The notes beneath the pieces were generated by a model. It was not told the origin of the DNA. It did no database searches and saw only the letters and a list, made by a program, of their open reading frames with translations. The position numbers and the translations under genes were made by a program. From Eledone cirrhosa (lineage: Eukaryota), in contig OZ024760.1 of assembly GCA_964016885.1 (NCBI GenBank), positions 32,488,001 through 32,552,000 of the forward strand: a stretch of 64,000 nucleotides of DNA, in the 5' to 3' direction. Below, piece after piece: positions 26,501 to 38,105 of this stretch (positions within the stretch are counted from its first letter, which is position 1; each line of letters starts with the position of its first letter).

Positions 26501-28420
26501 ATTAGTTGGGGAGTATAACAGATGTCAGAAGGGTTGAATTAGTTGGGGAGTACAACATATGTCAGAAGGGTTGAATTGGTTGGGGAGTACAACATATGTC
26601 AGTGGAAGGGTTGAATTAGTTGGGGAGTACAACATATGTCAGTGGAAGGGTTGAATTAGTTGGGGAGTACAACATATGTCAGTGGAAGGGTTGAATTAGT
26701 TGGGGAGTACAACATATGTCAGTAGAAGGCTTGAATTAGTTGGGGAGTACAACATATGTCAGTAGAAGGGTTGAATTAGTTGGGGAGTATAACAGATGTC
26801 AGTAGAAGGGTTGAATTAGTTGGGGAGTACAACATATGTCAGTGGAAGGGTTGAATTAGTTGGGGAGTACAACATATGTCAGTGGAAGGGTTGAATTAGT
26901 TGGGGAGTACAACATATGTCAGTAGAAGGCTTGAATTAGTTGGGGAGTATAACAGATGTCAGTAGAAGGGTTGAATTAGTTGGGGAGTACAACATATGTC
27001 AGTGGAAGGGTTGAATTAGTTGGGGAGTACAACATATGTCAGTAGAAGGCTTGAATTAGTTGGGGAGTACAACATATGTCAGTAGAAGGGTTGAATTAGT
27101 TGGGGAGTACAACATATGTCAGTGGAAGGGTTGAATTAGTTGGGGAGTACAACATATGTCAGTGGAAGGGTTGAATTAGTTGGGGAGTACAACATATGTC
27201 AGTAGAAGGGTTGAATTAGTTGGGGAGTACAACATATGTCAGTAGAAGGGTTGAATTAGTTGGGGAGTACAACATATGTCAATAGAAGGGTTGAATTAGT
27301 TGGGGAGTACAACATATGTCAGTGGAAGGGTTGAATTAGTTGGGGAGTACAACATGTCAGTAGAAGGGTTGAATTAGTTGGGGAGTACAACATATGTCAG
27401 TAGAAGGCTTGAATTAGTTGGGGAGTATAACAGATGTCAGTAGAAGGGTTGAATTAGTTGGGGAGTACAACATATGTCAGTAGAAGGCTTGAATTAGTTG
27501 GGGAGTATAACAGATGTCAGTAGAAGGGTTGAATTAGTTGGGGAGTACAACATATGTCAGTGGAAGGGTTGAATTAGTTGGGGAGTACAACATATGTCAG
27601 TAGAAGGGTTGAATTAGTTGGGAGTACAACATATGTCAGTAGAAGGGTTGAATTAGTTGGGGAGTACAACATATGTCAATAGAAGGGTTGAATTAGTTGG
27701 GGAGTACAACATATGTCAGTGGAAGGGTTGAATTAGTTGGGGAGTACAACATGTCAGTAGAAGGGTTGAATTAGTTGGGGAGTACAACATATGTCAGTAG
27801 AAGGCTTGAATTAGTTGGGGAGTATAACAGATGTCAGTAGAAGGGTTGAATTAGTTGGGGAGTACAACATATGTCAGTAGAAGGCTTGAATTAGTTGGGG
27901 AGTATAACAGATGTCAGTAGAAGGGTTGAATTAGTTGGGGAGTACAACATATGTCAGTGGAAGGGTTGAATTAGTTGGGGAGTACAACATATGTCAGTGG
28001 AAGGGTTGAATTTGTTGGGGAGTACAACATATGTCAATAGAAGGGTTGAATTAGTTGGGGAGTACAACAGATGTCAGTGGAAGGGTTGAATTAGTTGGGG
28101 AGTACAACATATGTCAGTGGAAGGGTTGAATTAGTTGGGGAGTACAACATATGTCAGTGGAAGGGTTGAATTAGTTGGGGAGTACAACATATGTCAGTGG
28201 AAGGGTTGAATTTGTTGGGGAGTATAACAGATGTCAGTAGAAGGGTTGAATTAGTTGGGGAGTATAACAGATGTCAGTAGAAGGGTTGAATTAGTTGGGG
28301 AGTACAACATATGTCAGTAGAAGGGTTGAATTAGTTGGGGAGTACAACATATGTCAGTGGAAGGGTTGAATTAGTTGGGGAGTACAACATATGTCAGTGG
28401 AAGGGTTGAATTTGTTGGGA
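23555..28420. repeat. 40-bp minisatellite (gggttgaattagttggggagtacaacatatgtcagtagaa), ~120 copies
   Basis: Highly homogeneous tandem array in intron 2. Confidence 0.98.
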
Positions 28421-28706
28421 ATGTCAGGCAAAAGAGATGGGTTTGACAAAGTACTTATCAAGAATGCAAGGTCACCAACAGTGCATCTGCTGATTTTTAT
28501 ATTATTTATTTTGAGAACAATACCTTAACATCAGTATGAGTGGCTGGTTATGGCCGGTTTGAACAGAAAGAGGTGAGAGAATTCTGGCTGGATGTGGCCA
28601 GTTTAAATGTTAAAGGGTTAAATATTTGTCTTCAGTTACTACTTTGATCTTCTTAAAATACCCCTGTATAGTCTATATCTCTCTCCTGTTTCTGTGTTGT
28701 GTTTAG

Positions 28707-28875
28707 GACATCCCGTATTATAACTGACTACGACCGTCTACAGACATCACAATTGCGCCTCAAAGATGATATTGAGAAGTTAGAGCGAGAAATTGCAATT
28801 CGACAGGGTAAAGAGAAAGAACTCGCTGCTAAAAATCGGTCCCTCTGTTCTTCCATAAAAACTGAAAAGGATGAA
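28707..28875 (+). CDS. SSX2IP: SSX2IP coding exon 3
   Basis: tttAG|..TDYDRLQTSQLRLKDDIEKLERE...KNRSLCSSIKTEKDE|GTAAGT (cf. KNRNLHQLLKNEKDE). Confidence 0.9.
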
Positions 28876-29023
28876 GTAAGTAAAATAAGGGCAACTGTTC
28901 CCTTTTTTCTTTCTCTGTCTCTCTCTCTCTCTATACATCCATCTCTCTCTCTCCCCGTCTCTCTCTATACGCACACACATATCTATATACATCTACATGT
29001 GTCTGTCTGTTCCATGTCTGCAG

Positions 29024-29159
29024 GTGAAGCGCCTCAACTCTACAATAAACCACAAAGAACTCCAGTACCGACACGACTCTAAGAAGAACGAACGAGAGAT
29101 GAATCGGTTGAAGGAGAAACTGAGTCAGGTTCTTATGGAGAAATCACATAAAATACTCG
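29024..29159 (+). CDS. SSX2IP: SSX2IP coding exon 4
   Basis: cAG|VKRLNSTINHKELQYRHDSKKNEREMNRLKEKLSQVLMEK..|GTGAGT (cf. [24 protein letters not shown]). Confidence 0.92.
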
Positions 29160-29362
29160 GTGAGTGTATCCCTGTGTACCTGGTTTACAGTAGGTACACC
29201 ATATCTCTGTGTGTCTACAAAAGGTTGGTGTCAGGAAGGTCGCCTGGTTGTAAAACATTGCCTCAAAATGTCCTGTCCTGATCATGTTAGTATGGAAAAG
29301 TTGACGTAAAATGTTGCTGCTGCTGATGCTGATGCTGATGCTGATTGTTGTTGTTGTTCTAG

Positions 29363-29429
29363 GTCCTGAGATCCTTAATGCCTTACCAAAATCTGACAGC
29401 AAAAGGGCCACATGGAAGACCAATTCTAA
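29363..29429 (+). CDS. SSX2IP: SSX2IP coding exon 5
   Basis: GPEILNALPKSDSKRATWKTNS (cf. DILNYVGRADGKRGSWRT); AG/GT, phases 1/2. Confidence 0.9.
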
Positions 29430-29439
29430 GTAAGACAGA

Positions 29440-29810
29440 TTCTTTACACATCTTTCTTCTCCCACTTAATACTGAGAGGGCCGTGAGGGGCAGAGTCCTG
29501 AAACACTCCCTCCAGTGGGTCCAGTCAGAAGCAACCATCTTCAACTGATCCAGCTGGATCCCCAAGTGAGACCAGCCAAGCTCATGTATGTTATCCAACC
29601 ATCTTGCTCCGGGTCTACCCCTGGGTCTCCTGCCAGTTGTTTTTGCCCATAAAATCTGTCCAGTGATTCTTTCCTGAGACATTCTAACCACATGTCCGTA
29701 GTATCGGAGCTGTTTTCTCTCAATTTGGAGATGTAGTGGCTCCACCTGGAGTGACTCACTCATCTCTGGGCTACAAATCTGTTTTTTATCCAAATGTTGT
29801 GTAAAGCTTC
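29440..29810 (-). mobile_element. RTE LINE C-terminal fragment
   Basis: QLRYYGHVVRM..GRRPRGRPGARWLD. Confidence 0.85.
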
Positions 29811-29861
29811 CATTGTTGACTTCCTAAATACACTGTATTGTTGTTGCTGTTATTGTTGCAG

Positions 29862-30018
29862 TCATGTTGAAGAATTCTACAGTATGATGCTGAGAGACTA
29901 CGAAAAGAAGCTGAAGAACCTTCACTCAGAGAATCATGACTTGGAGAACTGCATCCAAAAAATAGTCCAAACTCAGGAATCTCTCGTTGATCAATTCAAA
30001 TATAAACTTAACTCTACG
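29862..30018 (+). CDS. SSX2IP: SSX2IP coding exon 6
   Basis: HVEEFYSMMLRDYEKKLKNLHSENHDLE (cf. [25 protein letters not shown]); AG/GT. Confidence 0.9.
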
Positions 30019-30044
30019 GTTAGATTCTTCCCTTCTCTTTCTCT

Positions 30045-31332
30045 ACATCACCATCACTATCAATAACACCACCACCATCAACATCACCACCACCACACCA
30101 TAATCACACCACCACTGTCCACCACCACCACTACCATCACCACCACCACCACCACCATCACACTACCACCACCACCACTGCCCACAATCACACCACCACC
30201 ACCATCACTACCACCACCACCATCACACTACCACCACCACCACCACCACTGCCCACAATCACACCACCACTGCCCCACTGCCCACAATCACACCACCACC
30301 ACTGCCACCATCACACTACCACCACCACCATCCCACTACCACCACCACTGTCCACCATCACACCACCACCACCGCCACCATCACTACCACCACCACCATC
30401 ACACTACCACCACCACCACCATTATCACACTACCACCACCACCACCATCACACTACCACCACCACCACTGCCCACAATCACACCACCACCACCACCACCA
30501 CCATCACACTACCACCACCACCACCACCACCACCACCATCACACTACCACCACCACCACCATCACACTACCACCACCATCACACTACCACCACCATCACA
30601 CTACCACCACCACTGTCCACAATCACCACCACCTCCACCACCAACACACTACCACCACCATTACCATTACACTACAACCACCATCACACCACCACTACCA
30701 CCACACCACCACCACACTACCACCACCACACCACCACCACCACACCACCACACCACCACACCACTACCACCACCACACCACCACTATTACCACCACCACC
30801 ACACCACCACACCACTACCACCACCACACCACCACTATTACTACCACCACCACCACCACCACACCACCACCACCATCACCACCACCACCACCACACCACC
30901 ACACACCACCACCACCACTGCCCACAATCACACCACCACCATCGCCACCATCACACTACCACCACCACTGTCCACAATCACCACCACCCACCACCATCAC
31001 CATTACACTACCACCACCACCACCATCACACCACCACTACCACCACACCACCACCACCACACACCACCACCACCAGTGCCCACAATCACACCACCACCAT
31101 CACACTACCACCACCACCACCATCACCATTACACTACCACCACCACCACCACCACCATCACACCACCACTACCACCACACCACCACCACCACACTACCAC
31201 CACTGCCATCACACCACTACTGCCATCACACCACCACCACTACCACCTCCACACCACCACCACACCACCACACCACCACCACCACACCACCACACCACCA
31301 CCTCCACACCACCACCACCACACCACCACCAT
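30045..31332. repeat. (CAC)n-rich simple repeat
   Basis: Visible. Confidence 0.95.
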
Positions 31333-31356
31333 CCCAATATATTGTATCTATTCCAG

Positions 31357-31444
31357 AGTGACAGTGTTTTTAATGAAGATTCTGGAAGTGATGTAGAAGA
31401 CATGGCAGGAGGCAAGTCTTCGTATGATCCCAGTGAAGGTGGTT
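31357..31444 (+). CDS. SSX2IP: SSX2IP coding exon 7 (alternative in-phase donors after 31438 or 31444)
   Basis: ccAG|SDSVFNEDSGSDVEDMAGGKSSYDPSEG; both donors are phase 1. Confidence 0.75.
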
Positions 31445-31794
31445 GTAAGTAGAAAAAACTTGGAGAAATTCTCTTCCTTTTGTATAAAATAAAGTACCAG
31501 TAACACACTGGGTCGATATAATCGACTTTTAGCTCCCCACAAAAAAAAAATTGTTAACCTTGTGCCTAAATCTGAAACCATTATTAATAGATAAGAGGCA
31601 GCACCTAACCCACCCAGTAAGATGGTAGTGCTGGTGACATGTCAAAAAAGCCCTCAGTCCACCTAGTAAGATGGTAGTGCCTGTGACATGTCAAAAAAGT
31701 CCCCAGTCCACCCAGTAAGATGATTGTGTTGGTGACATGTCAAAAAAGCCCAGTCTATGATGATGATTAACAATTGCTATGTATTCTTTGATAG

Positions 31795-31890
31795 GTGACA
31801 ACTATCTGTCATTTGAAAAGTGCCAGAAATTATTACGGAAGTTCAATCGGTGCTGTATCACGCTTCAGAAATACCTGGAGATTAATAAAG
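31795..31890 (+). CDS. SSX2IP: SSX2IP coding exon 8
   Basis: atAG|..DNYLSFEKCQKLLRKFNRCCITLQKYLEINK G|GTAAGT; phases 1/1. Confidence 0.75.
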
Positions 31891-32052
31891 GTAAGTAATG
31901 CCTTGTTGTTGTTGTTAATGACTATTGACTCAAAGCAATTAGTATGTTGTTCAGTACCAACCTGGTCAAACCTGGGGCCCAGATTCTGTCACATAACCAA
32001 TTTTAAAGTGTTTCTATTTAAATTAAAATCTTCCAACATTATTTTATATAAG

Positions 32053-32242
32053 GGCGGTGGATTGGCAGTATCGGTAGAGGGTCGGCGGACGCCATTCTTT
32101 GCCACATAGAGTTACGGCCCTTGCCATTCTGAGTTCAAATCCCGCCGAGGTTAACTTTGACTTTCATCCTTACGGGGTCGATAAAATAAAGTACCAGTAA
32201 TGTACTGGGTAATTGCTGGCTTTGTGCCTGAAAGTAGAAACA
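32053..32242 (+). mobile_element. tRNA-derived SINE with Nin-like domain and 15-bp TSD
   Basis: B box GAGTTCAAATC; ctttcatccttacggggtcgataaaataaagtaccag; TSD attattttatataag at 32038-32052 and 32243-32257. Confidence 0.85.
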
Positions 32243-32394
32243 ATTATTTTATATAAGAACCTTTTATATTAAGTTACTATCTTAGTAATGAATTAATATT
32301 TTTAGTAAATCACTTAAAATTATTCATTAATTAATTAAAATTGAGTTTGTTTAGAAATACAGTGGTGAAAGGGTTAATTGGTTGAATTAATACT

Positions 32395-33000
32395 ACATGC
32401 AGTGGTGGTAGTGGTGGTAGTGGTGGTGTGGTGATAGTGGTGATGTGGAAGTAGTGGTGGTGTGGTGGTAGTGGTGGTGTGGAAGTAGTGGTGGTGTGGA
32501 AGTAGTGGTAGTAGTGTGGTGGTGTGGAAGTGGTGATAGTGATGGTGTGGAAGTGGTGGTGGTGGTTATTGTTGGAAGTGTAGTGTTGGTTGTGGTGGTG
32601 GTAGTAGTAATGGAAGTGTTGTGGTAGTAATGGTATGGAAGTGTTGTGGTAGTAGTGGTATGGAAGTGTAGTGGTGGAAGTGTGGTAGTAGTGGTATGGA
32701 AGTGTAGTGGTGGAAGTGTGGTAGTAGTGGTATGGAAGTGTAGTGGTGGAAGTGTGGTAGTAGTGGTATGGAAGTGTAGTGGTGGAAGTGTGGTAGTAGT
32801 GGTATGGAAGTGTAGTGGTGGAAGTGTGGTAGTAGTGGTATGGAAGTGTAGTGGTGGAAGTGTGGTAGTAGTGGTATGGAAGTGTTGTGGTGGAAGTGTG
32901 GTAGTAGTGGTATGGAAGTGTAGTGGTGGAAGTGTGGTAGTAGTGGTATGGAAGTGTTGTGGTGGAAGTGTGGTAGTAGTGGTATGGAAGTGTTGTGGTG
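32395..33000. repeat. (GTG/GTA)-rich repeat including a 39-bp minisatellite
   Basis: gtggtagtagtggtatggaagtgtagtggtggaagtgtg, about 9 copies. Confidence 0.9.
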
Positions 33001-33049
33001 TTAGTGTAGTATTTATTTCTATATCTATATTTCATCAATTCCTGATCAG

Positions 33050-33168
33050 AAGCCGAGGAATCAATTGATAAAACTTCAGAAGCTGAACATGAAACAAAAC
33101 TAAATTTACTGAAGAAGAAAATAGAGAGATACAAAGAACTGGTAGCTTTTCAGGAGGAGACTTTACAG
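33050..33168 (+). CDS. SSX2IP: SSX2IP coding exon 9
   Basis: EAEESIDKTSEAEHETKLNLLKKKIERYKELVAFQEETLQ|GTAAGA (cf. [28 protein letters not shown]). Confidence 0.85.
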
Positions 33169-33717
33169 GTAAGATAATTACAGGTGTGTTTATTGTAGAG
33201 TTGTTGGAGCTGGTAGCTTTACAGGTGAGTTATATAGGTGGCTTTATTATAGAACTGGTAGCTTTACAGGTGAGATAATGCAGGTAGCTTTATTATATAA
33301 AGTTGGTAGTTTTACAGGTAAGATATATTAGTCACTTTGTCACAGAGTTGGTAGTTTTACAGGTGAAACAGATAGCTTTATTATAGACTTTTACTGTAAA
33401 TAAACAATTTTTGGAAGTGTTGAGAGATTTACAAATGTTTTTTGGAAATTAAGTGGATATCACCAATTGTCCCACTTTCTTCCCCTCCAGGGGCTTATAT
33501 GACTAATTTTCATACTCAAAGCTGACCTTCCTATTTTAACTTAGGGATAGTTAAAAAAACAAAAAACAAAAAAAAAGACTGGTGAGTAGATTCAATAAAG
33601 CTGAAACATATCTAAAGTTGTCTCCCCTACTTGCCATAAATCAGATGTAGCTTGTATTGTTGTTACTACAGATCAAGCAGTTTCTGACTGTTTCTTTCTC
33701 TTTGTCTGAAATCGTAG

Positions 33718-33894
33718 ACATTTGCTAATCAGGGCCCGACTGAGAACAGCAGCAACTCCTTACTTCATGAAACTCAGTTAATACAAGAGTACGAACAACT
33801 GGAAATCAAAAAGAAGCTTTTCCTGGAGGCAAAAGAGAACTTTGAAAAGGAAAGGTTACAGCACATGACCGAGGCAGTGCAGTTAGCTGAAGAG
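33718..33894 (+). CDS. SSX2IP: SSX2IP coding exon 10
   Basis: SLLHETQLIQEYEQL...LFLEAKENFEKERLQHMTEAVQLAEE (cf. [25 protein letters not shown]). Confidence 0.9.
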
Positions 33895-34029
33895 GTTGGT
33901 GACCAATGGCTTAAATTGTCTCCCTTCTCAGTTCACATTCAATGGAGGTCAACTTGACCTTTTGTCCTTTTTTGGAGTCTATAAAATAATGGATTAGTCC
34001 AAAGTGGTAGATTTTGGTGGAGTTGTTAG

Positions 34030-34410
34030 TCATCATCATCATCTTGACATTTGTTTTTCCATGCTTGCATGGGTTGGATGGGTCCTTCTTAACACGGTAT
34101 CTCTCCACTTGTATTCCATTGTCATCTCCTCTGCTAGTCTCGGTGATTTGAGGTCAGCTCTCACAACCTCTGCCCAGGTCTTTCTTGGTCTACCTCTACT
34201 GCAGCTTCCATCCATTGAGATTTCCAAGCATTTCTTCACCCAACAATCATCATTCATGCACATCACATGTCTATACCAAGGCAGGCTTCTCCCCTGTACA
34301 CCATCTCTGGTTTCCCTTAAACACAGCTTCTCCCTCAGGTCATTCAAGCTCTGCCTTTCTCTCACATCCAATGAAGTGTGGTAGCTTCATTTCTCTCTAG
34401 TCTACACATC
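34030..34410 (-). mobile_element. RTE LINE 3' fragment
   Basis: WYRHVMCMNDDCWVKKC..GRPRKTW, (TGA)n tail. Confidence 0.85.
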
Positions 34411-34593
34411 TCCTCACGTTGGTTTGAAATTCTTTGCAGTATGTATTCTGGTTTTTAATGTCCTGTTGTGGTCTGCTGTGGCCAGTAGACTTGGTCTGTC
34501 ACTCAGTTTAGCACCATCATTACCACCTGGTCCTTGAGTACTTTTTTTGTGAAGTCCAGTCTGTGGCGAATTTTTGGACACAGTTTCTGACTT

Positions 34594-34910
34594 AAGTCTT
34601 GTACTCTTAGTCTCTTCATGCCACAGAAACCGGTATAAGAACTGGCCTGGTGAGTCTCTGGGGTTGAGACAGACTTTAACCCTGTGATGGACTGGTGTCC
34701 TGTTCAGAGGATGGGGTGGGGCGTGTTCTGTACTGTCTGCTGCTTAATGCCATGGAAACTGGGATAAGCCCTGGCCTGGTCAGCCTTTGGAGTCGAGACA
34801 GACTTAAACCCTGCGATGGACTGTTGTCTTATCCAGGGGGAAGTCTTGTACTCTCTGTCTCTTCATACCACACAAACTGGGATAAGGGCTTTAGTGAGCT
34901 GGTCCCAGGG
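34594..34910 (+). repeat. Tandemly repeated SINE core segment (aaccctgcgatggactg...cagggg...cttcatgccacagaaaccgg)
   Basis: About 2.5 diverged ~125-bp copies resembling a V/Meta-SINE central domain. Confidence 0.55.
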
Positions 34911-35528
34911 TTACTTACTCCAGTAAGTATCACTGGATCCCAACTACTAAATTTAATAGAAACATGAGATAGGAGAGTTTGTATACAACGCCATGCCGTG
35001 TGAGAATTATCCCTCACTACAAAAATAATGATTGAAGAAGTGACAAATTTCTCAAATGAATATCAAGATTAACTTGCATTTAATGTAGTCCATGTTACAA
35101 ATGTGGTAAACAAATATCCTCGTGTCATAACGAGGTACAATCCTGAACCATGAGAGGTGGTTAGAAAAGGGTTAGCATGCTTGCGCTCGGTGTAATCAGT
35201 TTGAAAAAGAAACGCTAGAAAGAGAGAGATAAATCTGAGTTCCCTCTTTTATAATCCCTTGACCGGAAGGTTCTAGAATTTCAATGGGCAGTAACTCTAG
35301 TTACTTCCCTTGTCTAGAGTGCGCTACAGGGCCAACCTTATGAGCCTCTGGGGTTGTGACAGACTGACCTTATATGGACTGTCAGTTTCCTGTTCTCACT
35401 TACAATCATCAGTCACTCACCACCACTATCACCATCGCCACCACCGCCACCACCATCACCACCACCACAATCATCATCACCACCACAATCATCACCACCT
35501 GTCCCTGACTAATTCTTTATTTCAACAG

Positions 35529-35622
35529 AAGAAAATGTTTAACCAAGAGAAATGTGAGAGACTAAAACAACAGTTCCTGGAATGGACTCCCAAGAAAATC
35601 TCTGGAGGAGAGTCATTCAATG
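35529..35622 (+). CDS. SSX2IP: SSX2IP coding exon 11
   Basis: KKMFNQEKCERLKQQFLEWTP (cf. RKAFEEERASWLKQQFLNMT); AG/GT. Confidence 0.9.
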
Positions 35623-35665
35623 GTGAGAGACATTTTATTCCTTTGTTTAGTGTGTGTATATACAT

Positions 35666-35704
<39 letters not shown>

Positions 35705-35707
<3 letters not shown>

Positions 35708-36450
35708 TACATTGAGTTAGAAACTCAAAATAGTCTTTTACAATTAAATAGCTCAAAGAAGGGAATCTTTCCGAGCCGTGAAATATAATTGAATACATGA
35801 GAGAGATGAACACAGATACAACTATACATGTGTTCCAATTGCAAATGACCAAGTTAGCTAGGTTGAAAAAATACTAACTTAAAACAATATGGTTTGCCTG
35901 ACTCGATTTAAAGTAATAAATCAATAAAAATAACATACCTATATCGGGCAACAGCCTTTGATACGCAGACAGACCTAAATCTGTTTCGCAAGAATTATTA
36001 AGTGAAAGAGGGCGGTGGAGTGACAGTATCTGTAGAGTATTATACATTGAGTTAGGAACTCAAAATAGTCTTTTACAATTAAATAGCTCAAAGATATTCT
36101 CGGCTCCTTATGTAGAGCTAACTTTAGTCTCATAAACCTGGCTGCTATTTTTAGCGGTATGAGTATGAGACGCGCTAGACGCTGTAAGCTATGCTTTTAT
36201 ATCAGCATACCGTTCAGTCTTCTTAGATCCTTTGAAATGAAAGGTACAAATTTTCTGGATACCTACTGAAGAGCACAGGAATGGTGGCTTTCACTTAATA
36301 ATTCTTGCGAAACAGATTTAGGTCTGTCTGGGTATGAAAGGCTGTTGCCCGATATAGGTATGTTATTTTTATTGATTTATTACTTTAAATTGAGTCAGGC
36401 AATAGTATACTTATATCTGTGTTTATCTCTCTCATATATTCATTTGTATA
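35705..36450. mobile_element. Rearranged fold-back non-autonomous PLE-like element with hammerhead
   Basis: Inverted arms ~35790-36008 / ~36288-36443; direct repeat 35707-35759 / 36042-36094; TA tracts on both sides. Confidence 0.7.
36259..36335 (+). ncRNA. Type I hammerhead ribozyme (canonical core)
   Basis: ataccta-CTGAAGA-gcacaggaat...attcttgc-GAAA-caga tttagg tctg-TC-tgggtat; all three stems pair; predicted cleavage after C36328. Confidence 0.85.
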
Positions 36451-36815
36451 TATATATTATAGGGTAAAATGACAGGAGCCTTGTCTGGCCTTCTGACATT
36501 TTGCCCTATGATATAATTTAACTCCGTTCCTGCTTGATTCAACATCAAAGATGGATGAGTTGCATAACGTTGAGTGCTTTTATAATATTACATCAAGGTT
36601 TACTTTGAGGAAAGACCAATTCTACCCAGTGGTGAACCATCAAATTTAAGCATATATATATATATATATATATATGAAAAGTGTAATTTTCTACACAAAA
36701 CGAAGGTTATAGAGAAAATTGAGGTTGGTAATGGCACATGGAATATATAAGAGACAGAATACTTTTTTGTGAAAAAACATAATTTTATAAGGTAAGGAAA
36801 TAATAAAGGGTATAA

Positions 36816-36863
36816 AAAATGACCGGTTTCGATGGGTCTGCAAAAGCCATCTTTTCAAATGTT
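36816..36863 (-). ncRNA. Minimal PLE hammerhead (U3-A8 core variant), 3' pLTR
   Basis: Reverse complement: aacat-TTGAAAA-gatgg cttttgcagac ccatc-GAAA-ccgg-TC-atttt; palindromic stem III ACCGGT. Confidence 0.7.
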
Positions 36864-37211
36864 GATTAATATTAAGAAAAATTAATAATACGAAGAGTTA
36901 AAATTTGAGACTTGAAAATTCAAGTATAAAATTCATTGTGGGATTTCATAGCAGTTTTCATCTAGGTAGCAACAACAGGTTGACTGCTGTGTCCCTTTCT
37001 GGTAGTGAATGAGAAGTTATTTGGGGTGTGGGTTATTTTATAAAGGTCAGATTTAGCAATCGCCAGCTGCTGGTCAGTGAGGGGGTGGAAGCAATATACA
37101 CACACATATCTTCCTGTGATGGGTAGGAGAGTGGAGCGTGATAGAAAAGGATTTAGTGCACTTACACCTATATATACACACATACCTTCATCCACACATA
37201 CATACATATAC

Positions 37212-37254
<43 letters not shown>

Positions 37255-37323
37255 CACACATACATACACACACACATACATATACATACACACATACACA
37301 CACACACACATATATATACACAT

Positions 37324-37374
<51 letters not shown>

Positions 37375-37415
37375 TATATATATACATACACATACATCCA
37401 GATACACACATACAT

Positions 37416-37448
<33 letters not shown>

Positions 37449-37453
37449 CACAC

Positions 37454-37491
<38 letters not shown>

Positions 37492-37658
37492 CCCCACACA
37501 TACATACACACACACATATATATATACATACACACATACAAACATACACACACACACACACACACATATATATACACACATACACACACATATATATACA
37601 CACACACACACACACGCATATATATATATATATACACATACGCATACATCCAGATACC

Positions 37659-37698
<40 letters not shown>

Positions 37699-38105
37699 CA
37701 ATACATACATCCACATGCACACACATACTCACACACACACACACACACACATACATACACCCACACACAGAGAAATGGCCTTCAAATATATATATATATA
37801 TATATACATACAGACACATATATTTTTTCCATAATATAAGAAGTTGGGGCAGTGAAATTAAAATACAAGTCATTCTGATCACATTGAGTTCTTCATGTAG
37901 ATTGGGCCCCGCAACCGACAGTGGTGAATTCTGTGTGCGCATATATATATAGATATATGTGTGTGCACGTGCAGGGTTTAACATGGATGTGTTGGTCACA
38001 CAAAGGCATGGTCTGTCAATGAATAAACCTGATTCTACAGAATTGGTCTCTGGTCTTTAATAGTAGTGATTCCGTGCGTATGTGTGTTTATATTTTATGA
38101 CAATT

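Noticed and set aside
23555-28420. CRISPR-like regular repeats (also 13070-13475 and 47688-64000)
   Set aside because: Head-to-tail units with no unique spacers, no cas genes, and a eukaryotic intronic context.
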